A DNA stretch of 64,000 nucleotides. It comes from Azolla caroliniana (Eukaryota; Plantae; Polypodiophyta). Positions within the stretch are counted from its first letter, which is position 1, and the number at the start of each line of letters is the position of its first letter. The position numbers and the translations under genes were made by a program. The notes beneath the pieces are model-generated. The model was not told the DNA's origin and did no database searches. It worked only from the letters and a program-made list of their open reading frames with translations. Location of the stretch: contig JBHGNT010000010.1 in NCBI GenBank assembly GCA_043228905.1, positions 17,980,001-18,044,000 of the forward strand, given 5' to 3'. Below, in pieces: positions 14,060 through 25,424 of the stretch.

Positions 14060-16068
14060 TAGCAATGGGCATGGTTTAGTTCGGTTTCAAGGCAAAAAAC
14101 CGAACAATTTATATAAAACAAAAACCAAACCAAACCATTTGGGGAAATGTTGAAACCAAAACCAAACCATTTAATAAAAAATTTAAACCAAACCATTTAA
14201 AACCAAACCGTTTAGGGAAAAGTTAAAACCAAACTGAACCATTTAATAAAAAAATTAAACCTAACCATTTAAATCAAACTAATTAAACATCAAAATAAAC
14301 AATAATACATTAAATTAAATAAACATTTAAGTTAAATTTATTAAATTAATGAAAGAAACTTTAATTGAACCATTAAATTAAATTAAATCAATAAAAAACC
14401 ATTAAATTAATAAACTATTAAGGTAAAAATGGAATTTGGTGAAAATGGCGAGAGGGTTGCTGTGGAATTATTTTGAAGCAGATTTAGTTATTGTAACTTT
14501 TAGAATGATGAATGAAGACGGGGATAGAGGCAAATACAAATTTTCATAATGGTTTGAAGAGTGTGTATATACAAGAAAGTACTGAAAATGGAGAGGATTT
14601 TGATGGAAAATGGCGAGATGCTTTGATGTGGAAGTTTTTTTGAAGCAAACTTATTTATTTTCAGTTTTTAGAATGATGAGTGGATTCATTCTGGTCTTCT
14701 TTTTGTAGGTACAGAACTCGGGCGATGAATGGCAAGAAGGTTGTAGTGGAAAATGAAGTTGATTTATTTTGAAAGGATGAGTGAAGATGGTGGCGGAGGC
14801 GGAAGCAAGGTTTCATGAGGGTTTGAGGAGAGTGGATTCATTCTGGTTTTTGTAGGTACATCACTCGGACGATGAATGTCAAGATGGTTGTAGTGGAAAA
14901 TGAAGCTAATTTAATTTTGGAAGGATGAGTGAAGATGGTGGTGGAGGTAGAAGCAAGGTTTCATGAGGGTTTCAGGAGAGTGGATTCATTCTGGCTTTTG
15001 TAGGTACAGGACTCGGGTGATGAATGGCAAGAGGATCTTGATGCAAAATGGAGAGATAGTTTATGTGGAAGTTTTTGAAGCAGTCTTATTTACTTTCAGT
15101 TTTTAGAATGATGAGTGAAGATGGTGGTGGAGCAAGGTTTTATGAGGGTGAGGAGAGTGGATTAATTATGTTTTCTGTATGTACAGGAAATTACTGAAAA
15201 TAGAGAGATACAAGACTCGAGCAATGACTAGCAAGATGGATGTTGTGGAAAAGGAAGTTGATTTATTTTTAAAAGGATGAGTGAGGATGTTGTCAAGGGT
15301 TGAAGCAAGATGTCATGAGTGGATGAGGACAACTAATTTTTTCTTTGTTGTCTATACAGGAATTTCATGGAAAATGGAGAGATGGCTGATGTGGAAATAT
15401 TTTGAAGCGCATTTATTTGTTTTTAGTTTATACAATGATGAGCGAAGATGGTGGTAGAGGCAGAAGCAAATTTTCATGAGGGTCTAAGGAGATTGGATTG
15501 AGTAGAGAACCGGTATTTTCATATGGTAGGTTCATTTGGATCATTTGGATATAATGAACTCTTATATGTAGCAGCGATCAAGGAATCATTGTGAAAGAAG
15601 ATATATCACTACATGTTGACTACGATGGAATTGATGTTAGGGGCTTTGGCATGAAATCAACATTACTTGCTGATATGGACGTTGGTAGGGCAACAATATT
15701 ACTTAGGGAGAAGTTCACCGATATTATCTTGTATCTTGCCTTTACCTTTATCTAGAAAGATTGGCTGCACAATATTCATTGTAATGTTGGATTATCTTGT
15801 ATCTTGCCTTTGGCTACTTTAATCTTAATACTAATGGAGGATAATTTTATGGAAAAAAAAACTATTAAGGTAAAAAAACGTTAACAAAAAGCATATAAAC
15901 CTTTAAACCAAACCTATAAACCTATAAACCCGAGTTTTAGAACCGAACCAAACCAAAACCAAACTATTTATTGAAAATCCAAATCATTAATTTTTTTTGG
16001 AACCAATAAACCGTTAAACCATGGCTTAATGGCTGGTTCGGTTTGAGCCGAAACCATGCCCATTGCTA
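14060..16068. mobile_element. Non-autonomous hAT DNA transposon (2009 bp)
   Basis: 18-bp TIR TAGCAATGGGCATGGTTT / AAACCATGCCCATTGCTA; 8-bp TSD TCCATATG (14052-14059, 16069-16076); subterminal AAACC(G/A)AA repeats; no transposase ORF. Confidence 0.92.
14430..15500. repeat. ~147-bp degenerate tandem array inside the hAT element
   Basis: Unit landmarks at ~14727, 14874, 15022 (spacing 147-148) and ~15226, 15370; shared core GATGAGTGAAGATGGTGG..GCAAGGTTTCATGAGGG..GGATTCATTCTGG..TGTAGGTAC. Confidence 0.85.
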
Positions 16069-16123
16069 TCCATATGAATGATTGATTTTTATGTGTTAAT
16101 TGTGTAAGAGGCAGAACCTTCTT

Positions 16124-16723
16124 TTAGTAGTTCCTGATGAATTTGTGGTAAAAATTCGCAAATCCCAAGAAACACTGGACATCACACACAAATTGTGGTG
16201 TTTCCCACTCTAGAATTGTTTGCACCTTTGTTGGATCCATAGATATTCCTTCTGGTGATACTATGTACCCTAGGAATTCCACTTGGTTGCGATCAAAACT
16301 ACATTTCTCGAGTTTAGCATAGAGACCATATTCTTGTAATCGTTGTAGAACTTGGTGTACATGCTCATCATGCTCTTCTTGAGACTTGGAAAATATCACG
16401 ATATCATCCAAATAAATGATGGTGAATATATCCAAGAAGTCTCGAAAAATATCATTGACCATATGCTGGAAAACCGTAGGAGCATTTGTGAGACCGAAAG
16501 GCATAACTGTATACTCAAAATGCCCATATCGAGTGCGGAATGCAATTTTCCATTCATCACCTACACGAATTCGAACTAGATTATAAGCACCTCTAAGATC
16601 GATCTTTGTAAAGTATTTGGCTCCACTCAACTGCTCCAAAAGTGTTGGTATTAAAGGTAAGGCATACCTATTTCGAATTGTGATTTTGTTTAATCCTCGA
16701 TAATCTACGACCAAACGAAGCAA
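16124..16723 (-). pseudogene. Gypsy reverse transcriptase fragment
   Basis: [24 protein letters not shown] and YLDD motifs. Confidence 0.9.
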
Positions 16724-17810
16724 TCCATCCTTCTTCCTGACAAAAAATATTGGTGTGCCTATAGGAGATTTGCCAGAATGATGAATAATCCAGTAGCTAA
16801 ATTTTCATCGATATAGTCGCAAAGAACCTTGAGCTCTGTAGGTGATAAACTATAAGTTGGTCCCCACGATGGATCTTTTCCTGGCTGGAGATCAATAGGA
16901 CAATCGTAAGGTTGATGTTCTAGGAGTCTAGCAACTTTGTCCTTATTGAAGACATCTTGGAATGCTTGATACTTGGTTGGAAGTAAGGTACTCAATTTTT
17001 GTTGAGTTGGTGTTGGCATTGTTATTATCGCAAATATAAACATTTCTTCTTTTTCTTCCTCTTTGCGTAAGTTTTCCAGAGATATTGTTGAGATCTGATG
17101 GCATTTTAAATTTGGGTTATAAGCAATAGGGGAATTTGATATATGAATTTTCTTGGATTCTATGATAACTCGTTTCCTCCAGTCAATTTGGGGGATGTGA
17201 AGCTCAAACCAAGGTAGACCAAGGACAATCGGATGCATAGGACTATGCATGATATTGAATGAGATGACACAAGCTAAATCACCGAGAACTACATGAACTA
17301 ATTCAGACTCTTTAGTTATATCTCTAGAGGCAATGGGTCGATCATCAATGATTGTGACAGATACTGGACAATGCAATGGTGTTAATAAGATATTATGTGT
17401 CAAGGAAAAATTTCGGTCCATGAAACAAGAGTTGGGTCCTGAATCTAAGAGATGATATGCGAAGACCTGATGACATCTAGAGGTACTAAGCTCAACTTGT
17501 GCCGCAAAAACCCTATTAACTTGGTTTGATGAAATGGAACCATTACTATGGATACTCTACAAATTCTAGGTTATCCAACCAAATGGCTCCTATTTTGGTT
17601 GGATTTACTCGTTTAACACCTATTGAGTTGGTTAAGTACTTCAAAATGATTTGAAGGTGTTGGGCTATTAGGATTGCTAGATGTATTTGGAGAATCAAGA
17701 TCCAATTTAGTACTAACACTTGGTAAACTTGACACCTAGGTTGATGAGGACAATTTACCGCTATATGTCTTGGACCATCACAATATAAACATAGGTGGTT
17801 CGCCCGACTG

Positions 17811-18757
17811 AGGATTTTCTGGTGCGAGGCGTATGTTCTCATACTGAAAGACGATCGTCACAAACTTGCACCAAGATCTAGGAAATGTATCTTCGTTTGC
17901 GAAATCGGCTATTGACTATGGGATTCGAACACAGATAGATCATCCGAAGTTTAGAGGTTGTGTTCAATGAGTTGGTTATGCATAAGAAGGCCGAACAACC
18001 TATTGAAGTCCGAAGGGTAACTTTTTCCGAAGCATTGACCCTTCATGAAGGCCCAACCCATAACACGAGATTGGCCTCACGGGTAGCCGAATCCTCAACC
18101 CCCGACTCGACAATGCTCGACTTGGAACAATTGAATGATTCGGCTTTGAACTATCCGAACTCGATACCCAATGCGACTAGTCCATTCATACCTCAAAGAT
18201 CCGAGAGACTATCATAGCCCCCTGAGAGGTACTCTCCTGGAGTCTTCTTCATAGACACCGACGAATTGACTTCATACGAAGAAGCATCGACATCAGCCGA
18301 TTCGGCCACATGGCATATGGTGATGGAGTCGGAGATGAATTCCATTCGAGCAAACAAGAATTGGGACTTAGTTGAATTACTGAAAAATCGACGTGCTCTT
18401 CCATGCAAATGGGTCTACATATTAAAAGAGACGTCTGATTTTGCCACCCCAAAATTCAAAGCAGATTAGTTGCGAAAGGGTTTCAACAGGAATATGGCAT
18501 CGATTTCGATGAATTCTTTACACTAGTGGTGAAAATGACAACCCTTCGTTTTTTGCTTGGCGCTGTGGTAGCCGAGGATTTGGAGCTGGTTTGCTAGATG
18601 TACATCTAGTCTGCCAACTCAAGAAGAGTTTCTACGACCTAAAGTAGGCATAGAGACATTGGTATAAGAAGTTCGACGACTTTATCCAATTAGTCGGCTT
18701 TCCAAGAGTGATGAGGACCACTGCCTCTTCATGAAAACAACTCCAGATGGGTCACCG
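17811..18757 (+). mobile_element. Degenerate Ty1/Copia integrase C-terminus to RT fragment, same family as 22309-24651
   Basis: IEVRRVTFSE..EGP..NTR.ASRVAE matches the end of ORF 22309; WDLVELLKNRRALPCKWVY marks the Copia RT start. Confidence 0.85.
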
Positions 18758-19084
18758 TGGGATTTGGTAAAGTTATCGGAAGGAAAAAATGTGGTAGGTT
18801 GCAAATGGGTCTACAAAACAAAGCATGATTCAAATGGAAATGTTAGTAGACATAAAGCAAGAATTGTTGCAAAGGGATATGCCCAGATGCAAGGAATTGA
18901 TTATGATGAAACATTTGCACCAGTTGCAAAGATGGCAACGTTGAGGACACTACTTGTTGTAAGTGCAACCAAAAGATGGGTTCTGCACCATATGGATGTA
19001 AAAAATTCCTTTTTACATGGTAACTTGGAAGAAGAAGTGTATATGTGTCAATCACCAGGTTTTGAAGATAATAAGCATCCAGAA
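18758..19084 (+). mobile_element. Second Copia RT fragment
   Basis: WDLVKL..VVGCKWVYKTK..KARIVAKGY..IDYDETFAPV..MDVKNSFLHG..VYMCQSPGF. Confidence 0.85.
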
Positions 19085-19770
19085 TGTTGGGAAATCGGTC
19101 CCTCTGGATGGGATCCAGTGATGAATGAAGAGGACTCGGTGAGAACCAGAAGAGACCTGGAAACCGGATTGGATGGACCCGGTGAGTACTGGAAGAGATC
19201 TGGAAACCATATCGGATGGACCCGGTGTCAACCGGAAGTGAAGACATATTTGTGAATATGTTTTGAGTAAGCCTATTGAGGCTATATTTGTAAATAAACC
19301 TAAGTTCATATAAGTATAAATATGACTTAGGGCAATCACTTTGCATAAGAGGTGAGAGGTTGTTGTCATATTGTTGTATGTGCATAACTGTTGTATAGAG
19401 AGTAACAAATAGAGTGAGAGAGGAGATACAGAGCGATACTCTGTTGTAACCACCGCTTGGCGAAGAAACAGACCTCGAGGTCATTGCCTCCGAGTATCTG
19501 ATTGTACCTTTTATCTTATAGTGATAGTTTGGAGTCTGTGGGCTCCCGTGGTTTTTCCCTATTAGGGTTTTCCAAGTAAACATTATGTGTACTTTCCTTT
19601 TGGTGTACAAGTATTCATCTTTATTCCCATTTCTGTGTTTGATCCTTAAACGAAGTGATCTAAGACTCGTTTGTGGCTGAGCACTATTCCGTGCCATTCT
19701 CTTCAATCTGGTATCAGAGCGAACAACAAAGGAAATGGAAGAATCTTCTGACGGCATGTTCATGGGAAGT
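19085..19770 (+). mobile_element. Copia LTR (19085-19705) with tRNA-iMet PBS (19709-19720) and gag start
   Basis: TGTTGGGAAA...CTTCA followed by TGGTATCAGAGC; homologous to LTR 38701-39223 on the opposite strand. Confidence 0.8.
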
Positions 19771-19829
19771 TGAGAAGAACCGTGTTGATGAGCAACTCGG
19801 CCTAGGCCGAAACCAGAAATCGTGGAGAT

Positions 19830-20469
19830 AGCCAACCCGGAAGGCTAAACTTGTAAATAGTCGAAAGGTTACATTAGTATATAAGCACTTAGGGCAATCA
19901 TGTTAGATATATATTATTGTAAAGTTATGGTTGTCGAGGTTGTGGCCTCTGTAACAGTGAGAGTGAAAGCGTGTGAGCTCCATAGCCGCCTGTAGGTGAA
20001 GCAGGATCTCGAGGTCGTTGCCTTTGAGATATCTGATTATATTCCTTTTTCTCTCATAGTGTTCTGTTTCGGAGTTTGTGGACTCCACGTGGTTTTTTCC
20101 CAGTTCGGGTTTCCACGTTAAAATCTGTGTCATTCTCAGTTTCTGTATTCAGATTTTCCTCTCCATTAGATTGACTATTATTCTGCACACACAAACCGGT
20201 TGTGGCCGGCAACGATTTTAACTTCAAAGCTCATCGGTTCCAACTACTCAGTGTGGAAGTCAAAGATGAGGGATATGCTGGTGGTTAAAGATCTTTGGTT
20301 GCCGGTTCAGTTCGGGGACAAGAGACCGGATAAGATTGACGCCACAGTGTGGGAGGTGATGCACATGAAGAAAACGGTATACATCCGGTGCTTCATCGAC
20401 ATGAGCCTGTACACCAACTTCAATGAAGAGAGCAAGGCTCATGAACTCTGGGAGAAGATCGACATCATG
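19830..20469 (+). mobile_element. Copia LTR fragment followed by gag N-terminal fragment
   Basis: Similar to LTR 19085; NYSVWKSKMRDMLVVKDLW..AHELWEKI is a Copia gag motif. Confidence 0.7.
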
Positions 20470-21342
20470 TGTCATAGACGTAGACGAGGGCAAGGACAAG
20501 TAGGCGAGCTCAATATTAAGAAAGAGAGAAAGATAGATATATAGATAGAGAGGAGCTTAGACAAGAGAACAAGAGAGAGAGAGAGGGTAGACAAAAGAGC
20601 AAGAACTAAATTATGCTTCCGTAATTGGTGTTGTTCACCTTGATTGTAATCAAGGTGCACCAAAGTATTTATACAAGAATGTGGTGGTATGCATGTAATC
20701 TAGGAAACATCTAGAGAATGCATGGAAACTTCTAGAGAGTGCATGTCTATGCATTCTCTAGAAGTTTCTTGAAAGTTCTAGTGATTAACTTGCAATGTAA
20801 TAAGTTGAAACTTATACAATACAATAATGCATTGATGGAATGTAGCTCAATTGGTAAGGTTGCCCAATAAGACCAAGAGGTCATGGGTTCAACCCCCTAC
20901 ATTCCGTCGTGTCTATGACATTATCCTCCCTCTAAGGCCGCCTTCCAGGACTTGCGACTGTTTATGTGGGTATCGTTGATGAAAATCGTGAATGGCCTCC
21001 GGAGCATTTTGTAAATGTGTAACTGGTTCCCATGTGGCGTTCGAAATGGGGTACCTTTTCCATAAGACCAAATATTGGAGCTGTCGACGACGATATCGAG
21101 AGTCGAGGATTTGGTCAACCTCATATTCTTCGCCCGTCGACAATTCCTCAGGTGGTGGTGGAGGAGGGCGTCGTCCTGTAATTCGAGAAGGATGGTAAAG
21201 TTTGAGGAGGGAAATGTGAATAACATCATGAATCCTGAATGTTGGAGGAAGTGCTAAACGGAAGGCGACTGGGTTGATCCGCTCGATGATATGAAAGGGG
21301 CCTAGTCTTTTGTAGTCCAATTTTGCACAAGGATGTGTGGTG
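20470..21342 (-). mobile_element. 3' end of a chromovirus: integrase C-terminus/chromodomain, PPT and complete 3' LTR (20470-20920)
   Basis: 10-bp TIR TGTCATAGAC/GTCTATGACA; PPT AGAGGGAGGATAA; GPF..IHDVIHISLLK; chromodomain EYEVDQILDSR..QYLVLWKRYP..TWEP. Confidence 0.92.
20836..20906 (+). ncRNA. tRNA-derived Pol III cassette inside LTR U3 (antisense to the element); not a canonical tRNA
   Basis: A box TAGCTCAATTGG (20843-20854); B box GGTTCAACCC (20886-20895); acceptor-like stem TGGAATG/CATTCCG; D and anticodon arms do not pair well. Confidence 0.7.
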
Positions 21343-24300
21343 TGTCGAATACAAGTGTATAATGGATGTATTCACACTATCCCTTTGTATAGCTCAAGTT
21401 TGGGCCATTTGTGTAATTAGCATAAATGGTAGTTGCCCTAAGTCGTCACTATATAAAGTGACCTTGTAACCTTTTTGTAAGGTTGGTTGTATTATTCTTT
21501 TCTATTGAATAGAAAGTCATTTTGTGCCTCTCTCTCTCTCTCTCTCTCTCTGTCTCTGTGCACGATCTTGCAAACTGTCATACGCAGGTACTCAACACGA
21601 ATCGAATGCTATTTGATCTTCCGCATTGACGGCCTTTCAGGCTCTGATACCAGATGTTGGCCGTCGTCTCAGCCTGCACAGCATTCGGTTTCTTGCGTCA
21701 TTCGAAGAAGAGAGAAGAAGAAGAAAAAAACGAGGCTTGCATCTCATCGCGTTAGATCATCTTCGCTTGGAGTAAGCCAACCGGTTGTACTCTGTTCCTT
21801 GTGATCGTAACCGCTCGAAGTGAAATCCCCTTGTGCAACATTGACACGATCGTGCTCCACTCGGTTAAACGACATCCGAAGAGGTCATCAAACGCTGCTC
21901 GCCGCTCATTGTAACCACTCGGTGCAGATCGGTCTCAAGACAACAACCCCAATTCGTGCTTCATCCGGCTGATCGACATTCGGGAGGATCAGTTGGATCC
22001 GTCTCTCTCGTCGCTGCAGTCACCCGAAGCAGAATCGGTCCAGACAATCGGTTTCAATAATCGGTATTTGGCATATATATTCGGAAGCGAACCGGGCTCA
22101 CTCCGACTCGGCAACATTCGGGAAGACCAGTCGGTTCTGTCCCTCAAGTTACCGGAGTCAATTCGAGCAAGTTCAACAATACATATATCCGAAGCCGAAC
22201 CGACTCGGGTTCAAATCCGACTAGAACGATATCGGGTGAGCCAACCGGCTGCACTCCAACAAGGTTCGTAGTCAACTCCGAACCGAGCTTCGTCAACCGA
22301 AACCAAATTTGATGGCATCAACATCCGGCTCGTCAGAAATGAGTCTACGAAAGTTCGATGGATCGAACTTCAACTTCTGGAAAGAGCAAATGCAGGACTA
22401 TCTCATAGTCAAGGGGCAAATCGATCCCATCGAAAATGAAGAACCTCCAGAAGGATACAAACCAATTGAGTGGCAGAAGCTGGACAGAATCGTCCGCGCC
22501 ACGATTCGGATGCACCTATCGGAATCGGTATACTTTACGGTGCAATCGTGTACGACAGCATTCGAACTGTGGAAAACACTGTCGGACACCTACGAAAAGA
22601 AGGTCGCTGCAACAAAGATGTTTCTGATCCGGCGCCTCTACAACTTGCGGATGAAAGAATCAGATTCGGTTCAAGCACATCTCAATGAGTACGAAAGCAT
22701 AAGCTCCCAAATCTCATCTCAGGGGACGGCAATCGAGGATGAACTCAGAGCAATGATACTCATGAGCAGCCTTCCCTCATCATGGGAAACTTTCGTCACA
22801 ACCGTGTGCAACGTGTCAACCACGGCTGTTAAATACTCCGAAGTCACGAGCGCAATCCTGACCGAAGCAGCTCGGAGAAAGTCTTTCGCCAAAGACTCAA
22901 CAGACGACGCTTACGTAGTACAAGGTTCGACAGACCGATCGAACATACGAGGAAGAGATTCCTCACGGCAGCCGAACAATCAGCGAAGACAGAGCCAGTC
23001 ACGGGATAATCGAATCTGCAACTATTGCAAGAAACCCGGACACATCAAAGCCGACTGCCGTGCACTCAAGAACAAGAATGACAAGTCTCAGAAATCAGAC
23101 AAGAAGAGTGGCCGGCATGAGGAGATCAATTACGTCAGCTTCTCAGCTGATGTGCTACCAAACGACCCGAATATACTATCAATCGAAAATCCAGTCGGAT
23201 CAGAAGTTCTGCTCACAACTGAAGAATCGAGCACATGGCTCTTAGATTCGGGCGCGTCATTTCACGTGACTCCTCATCGATCCCAATTTCGGCAATATAC
23301 GATCCGTCACTCCGACTCAGTTCGAGTCGGCAACTCGCAACACTGTGACATCATTGGAATCGGCACAGTAGAGCTCAACCTTGCAGGTGGCTCTACACTT
23401 GTACTTCACAATGTCCGACATGTACCCGAGCTCTCAAGGCCATTGATCTCAGTCGGACAACTAGATGAAGACGGCATTCGTGCCGGTTTTTCTTCGGGAG
23501 GGTGGACACTCCACAGGGGGAACCTCCTGCTTGCTAGAGGACCCAAGATACACTCACTGTATCCGTTACATGTTACGCTCAGAGAGGGTAACCTGTTTTT
23601 GGTGGATATTCCTGTGTCATCACTATGGCACAGAAGATTAGGACACCTCAGCAAGGCCGGCATTACGCACCTATCTAGAGCCGGATACATCCCTAAACTC
23701 TCCTTCTCGGACCATCAATTCTGCGAACATTGCCAGTATGGCAAACAAGCAGCCGCATCACACCCGACATCAGCACCAAGAGAAACGAGACCTCTCGATT
23801 TAGTCCACTCGGACGTCTGTGGCCCAATGCCGCATCAGTCTCTCGGCGGTGCCTCTTACTTCGTCAGTTTTATTGACGATTCGACTCGAAAGGTGTGGGC
23901 TTATCCAATTCGCACCAAAGATCGTGTCTTCTCGATCTTCTCCGATTGGCTCGCTATGGTAGAAAATCAAACTGACCGAAAACTGAAATGCCTTCGGACC
24001 GACAATGGGGGAGAGTTCAAATCAGAAGAATTCGTCAAATTCTGCCGACAACGCGGCATCCGACGTGAATTTACGGCACCACACAGTCCGGAGCAAAACG
24101 GGATTGCAGAACGCATGAATCGGACAATCCAAGAACGGATAGTTTCCATGCTCCAACACTCTGGACTGTCGGATGGCTTCTGGGCAGAGGCTCTACTCAC
24201 GGCAGTACACATAATCAATATGTCGCCAAGCAGACCTCTAGGACTTCAAATTCCTCAGGAACTATGGATCGGCAGTAAGCCGAATTACGACAAGCTGAGG

Positions 24301-24651
24301 ATCTTCGGATGCGAGGCGTACGCCCTTATTCCGAAAGATGATCGCCGAAAACTTGCACCTCGGTCCAGGAAATGCATTTTCCTTGGATATGGATCAGACG
24401 GCGAAATGGGATACCGACTCTGGGACCCCGAACGCAGACAAATCGTTCGAAGTTCGGACGTTGTGTTCAACGAGTCGGCTATGAATCCATCAGTCGAAAA
24501 ACCGATCGAAGTCCGAAGGGTAACATTTTCCGATGTGCCGACCCTTCAAGAAGGCCCCGCTCTTAACACACGGTCAGCTTCACGGGTAGCTGAACCTTAC
24601 ACTACCGACTCGGACAACTCTGACTCGGCACAGCAGAATAATTCGCTTTAG
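21343..24651 (+). mobile_element. Ty1/Copia element, 3'-truncated: 5' LTR (~21343-21638), inverted PBS, leader, gag-PR-INT ORF
   Basis: LTR-like segment with TATATAAA, (CT)n and TTCCGC near its end; 780-aa ORF stops before RT. Confidence 0.9.
22309..24651 (+). CDS. Copia Gag-protease-integrase polyprotein (RT/RNase H missing); first ATG 22312
   Basis: KFDGSNFNFWK; CNYCKKPGHIKADC knuckle; WLLDSGASFH protease; LWHRRLGH..CEHC; VHSDVCGP..RTDNGGEF..QNGIAERMNRT integrase. Confidence 0.92.
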   Translation: MMASTSGSSEMSLRKFDGSNFNFWKEQMQDYLIVKGQIDPIENEEPPEGYKPIEWQKLDRIVRATIRMHLSESVYFTVQSCTTAFELWKTLSDTYEKKVAATKMFLIRRLYNLRMKESDSVQAHLNEYESISSQISSQGTAIEDELRAMILMSSLPSSWETFVTTVCNVSTTAVKYSEVTSAILTEAARRKSFAKDSTDDAYVVQGSTDRSNIRGRDSSRQPNNQRRQSQSRDNRICNYCKKPGHIKADCRALKNKNDKSQKSDKKSGRHEEINYVSFSADVLPNDPNILSIENPVGSEVLLTTEESSTWLLDSGASFHVTPHRSQFRQYTIRHSDSVRVGNSQHCDIIGIGTVELNLAGGSTLVLHNVRHVPELSRPLISVGQLDEDGIRAGFSSGGWTLHRGNLLLARGPKIHSLYPLHVTLREGNLFLVDIPVSSLWHRRLGHLSKAGITHLSRAGYIPKLSFSDHQFCEHCQYGKQAAASHPTSAPRETRPLDLVHSDVCGPMPHQSLGGASYFVSFIDDSTRKVWAYPIRTKDRVFSIFSDWLAMVENQTDRKLKCLRTDNGGEFKSEEFVKFCRQRGIRREFTAPHSPEQNGIAERMNRTIQERIVSMLQHSGLSDGFWAEALLTAVHIINMSPSRPLGLQIPQELWIGSKPNYDKLRIFGCEAYALIPKDDRRKLAPRSRKCIFLGYGSDGEMGYRLWDPERRQIVRSSDVVFNESAMNPSVEKPIEVRRVTFSDVPTLQEGPALNTRSASRVAEPYTTDSDNSDSAQQNNSL

Positions 24652-25424
24652 TGATAGTTTGCGGTCTGTGGGCTGCCGTGGTTTTTCCCGAGTTTGGGTT
24701 TTCCACGTTGTCGAGGTATTCCTCGCGGATGCGTGGAATGAGGCGGGACCTCGGGGGTCCTGTACCGAAGAGCAAGAGAGAAAGGAGAAGAGACCCACTG
24801 CGTGCGAGCGTAGATTCACAGGGACACGGCCCTTCGACACAAAGACGCGAGTGGGACAGCGACACAGAGAGACACGAATGTATGTATGTATTAACAAAGA
24901 CAAACAATCAAAACACGAAGTCAGTTACAACCAAACAGGCCGGCGAACAGATGCCGATGCATGTTCGCAAACGCGCAGAAAGGAAGGAGAGGGTTAGAGG
25001 TGCTGCCGGAAGCACTCGGGCATTCCTCAGAGCAGCACGAGCCTCACAAAACCTGCACAGAAAGAAGTTATGGAGTTTGCGAGCCAGAGAGAGAGAGAGA
25101 AGCCTTCGCCCACAAACCGACAGCACTTCGTCCTCGACTCTCCGCGATCCCTTCCTCTTCCTCGTCTCCCTCCTTTTATAGGCAAGAAGAGAGCCGTTTC
25201 CTATTAACTTCCTACCTACCGAATCTGCCTACCTCGGATCTTCCATGTCCCTAATTCTCTCTTATGTACAACGTAAGACGTACGTGCATGAAGAGCCGGT
25301 TCCTATGCTCCGGCGCACCGATTCCGCTTGTGGACGGTTTTCTTCACGACATCCGCCCCCACCTAACCGCGCATCCACCGGCATGCGCCAAATTGAGTTG
25401 GGACGGAGAAAACCGGTCCAGCCT

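Larger units (their letters stand above)
13826..17810 (-). mobile_element. Degenerate Ty3/Gypsy (Tcn1/Tf1-like) gag-PR-RT-RNaseH remnant, interrupted by a hAT element
   Basis: Zinc knuckle CLYCDGPRHIAVNC (~17790); protease region 16759-17421; [17 protein letters not shown] (16124-16723); RNase H FILEADAS..YEIHD (13826-14050). Confidence 0.9.

Noticed and set aside
14430-15500. CRISPR-like array, snoRNA cluster or hammerhead repeats
   Set aside because: Whole units repeat without unique spacers. ATGATGA motifs lack matching D boxes, and no CTGANGA..GAAA hammerhead core with stems was seen.
18843-19835. 330-aa minus-strand ORF
   Set aside because: It runs antisense across an LTR and an RT fragment from different elements and has no motif; likely chance.
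20836-20906. Functional tRNA gene
   Set aside because: The D and anticodon stems do not pair properly and it lies inside an LTR, so it is reported as a tRNA-derived cassette only.
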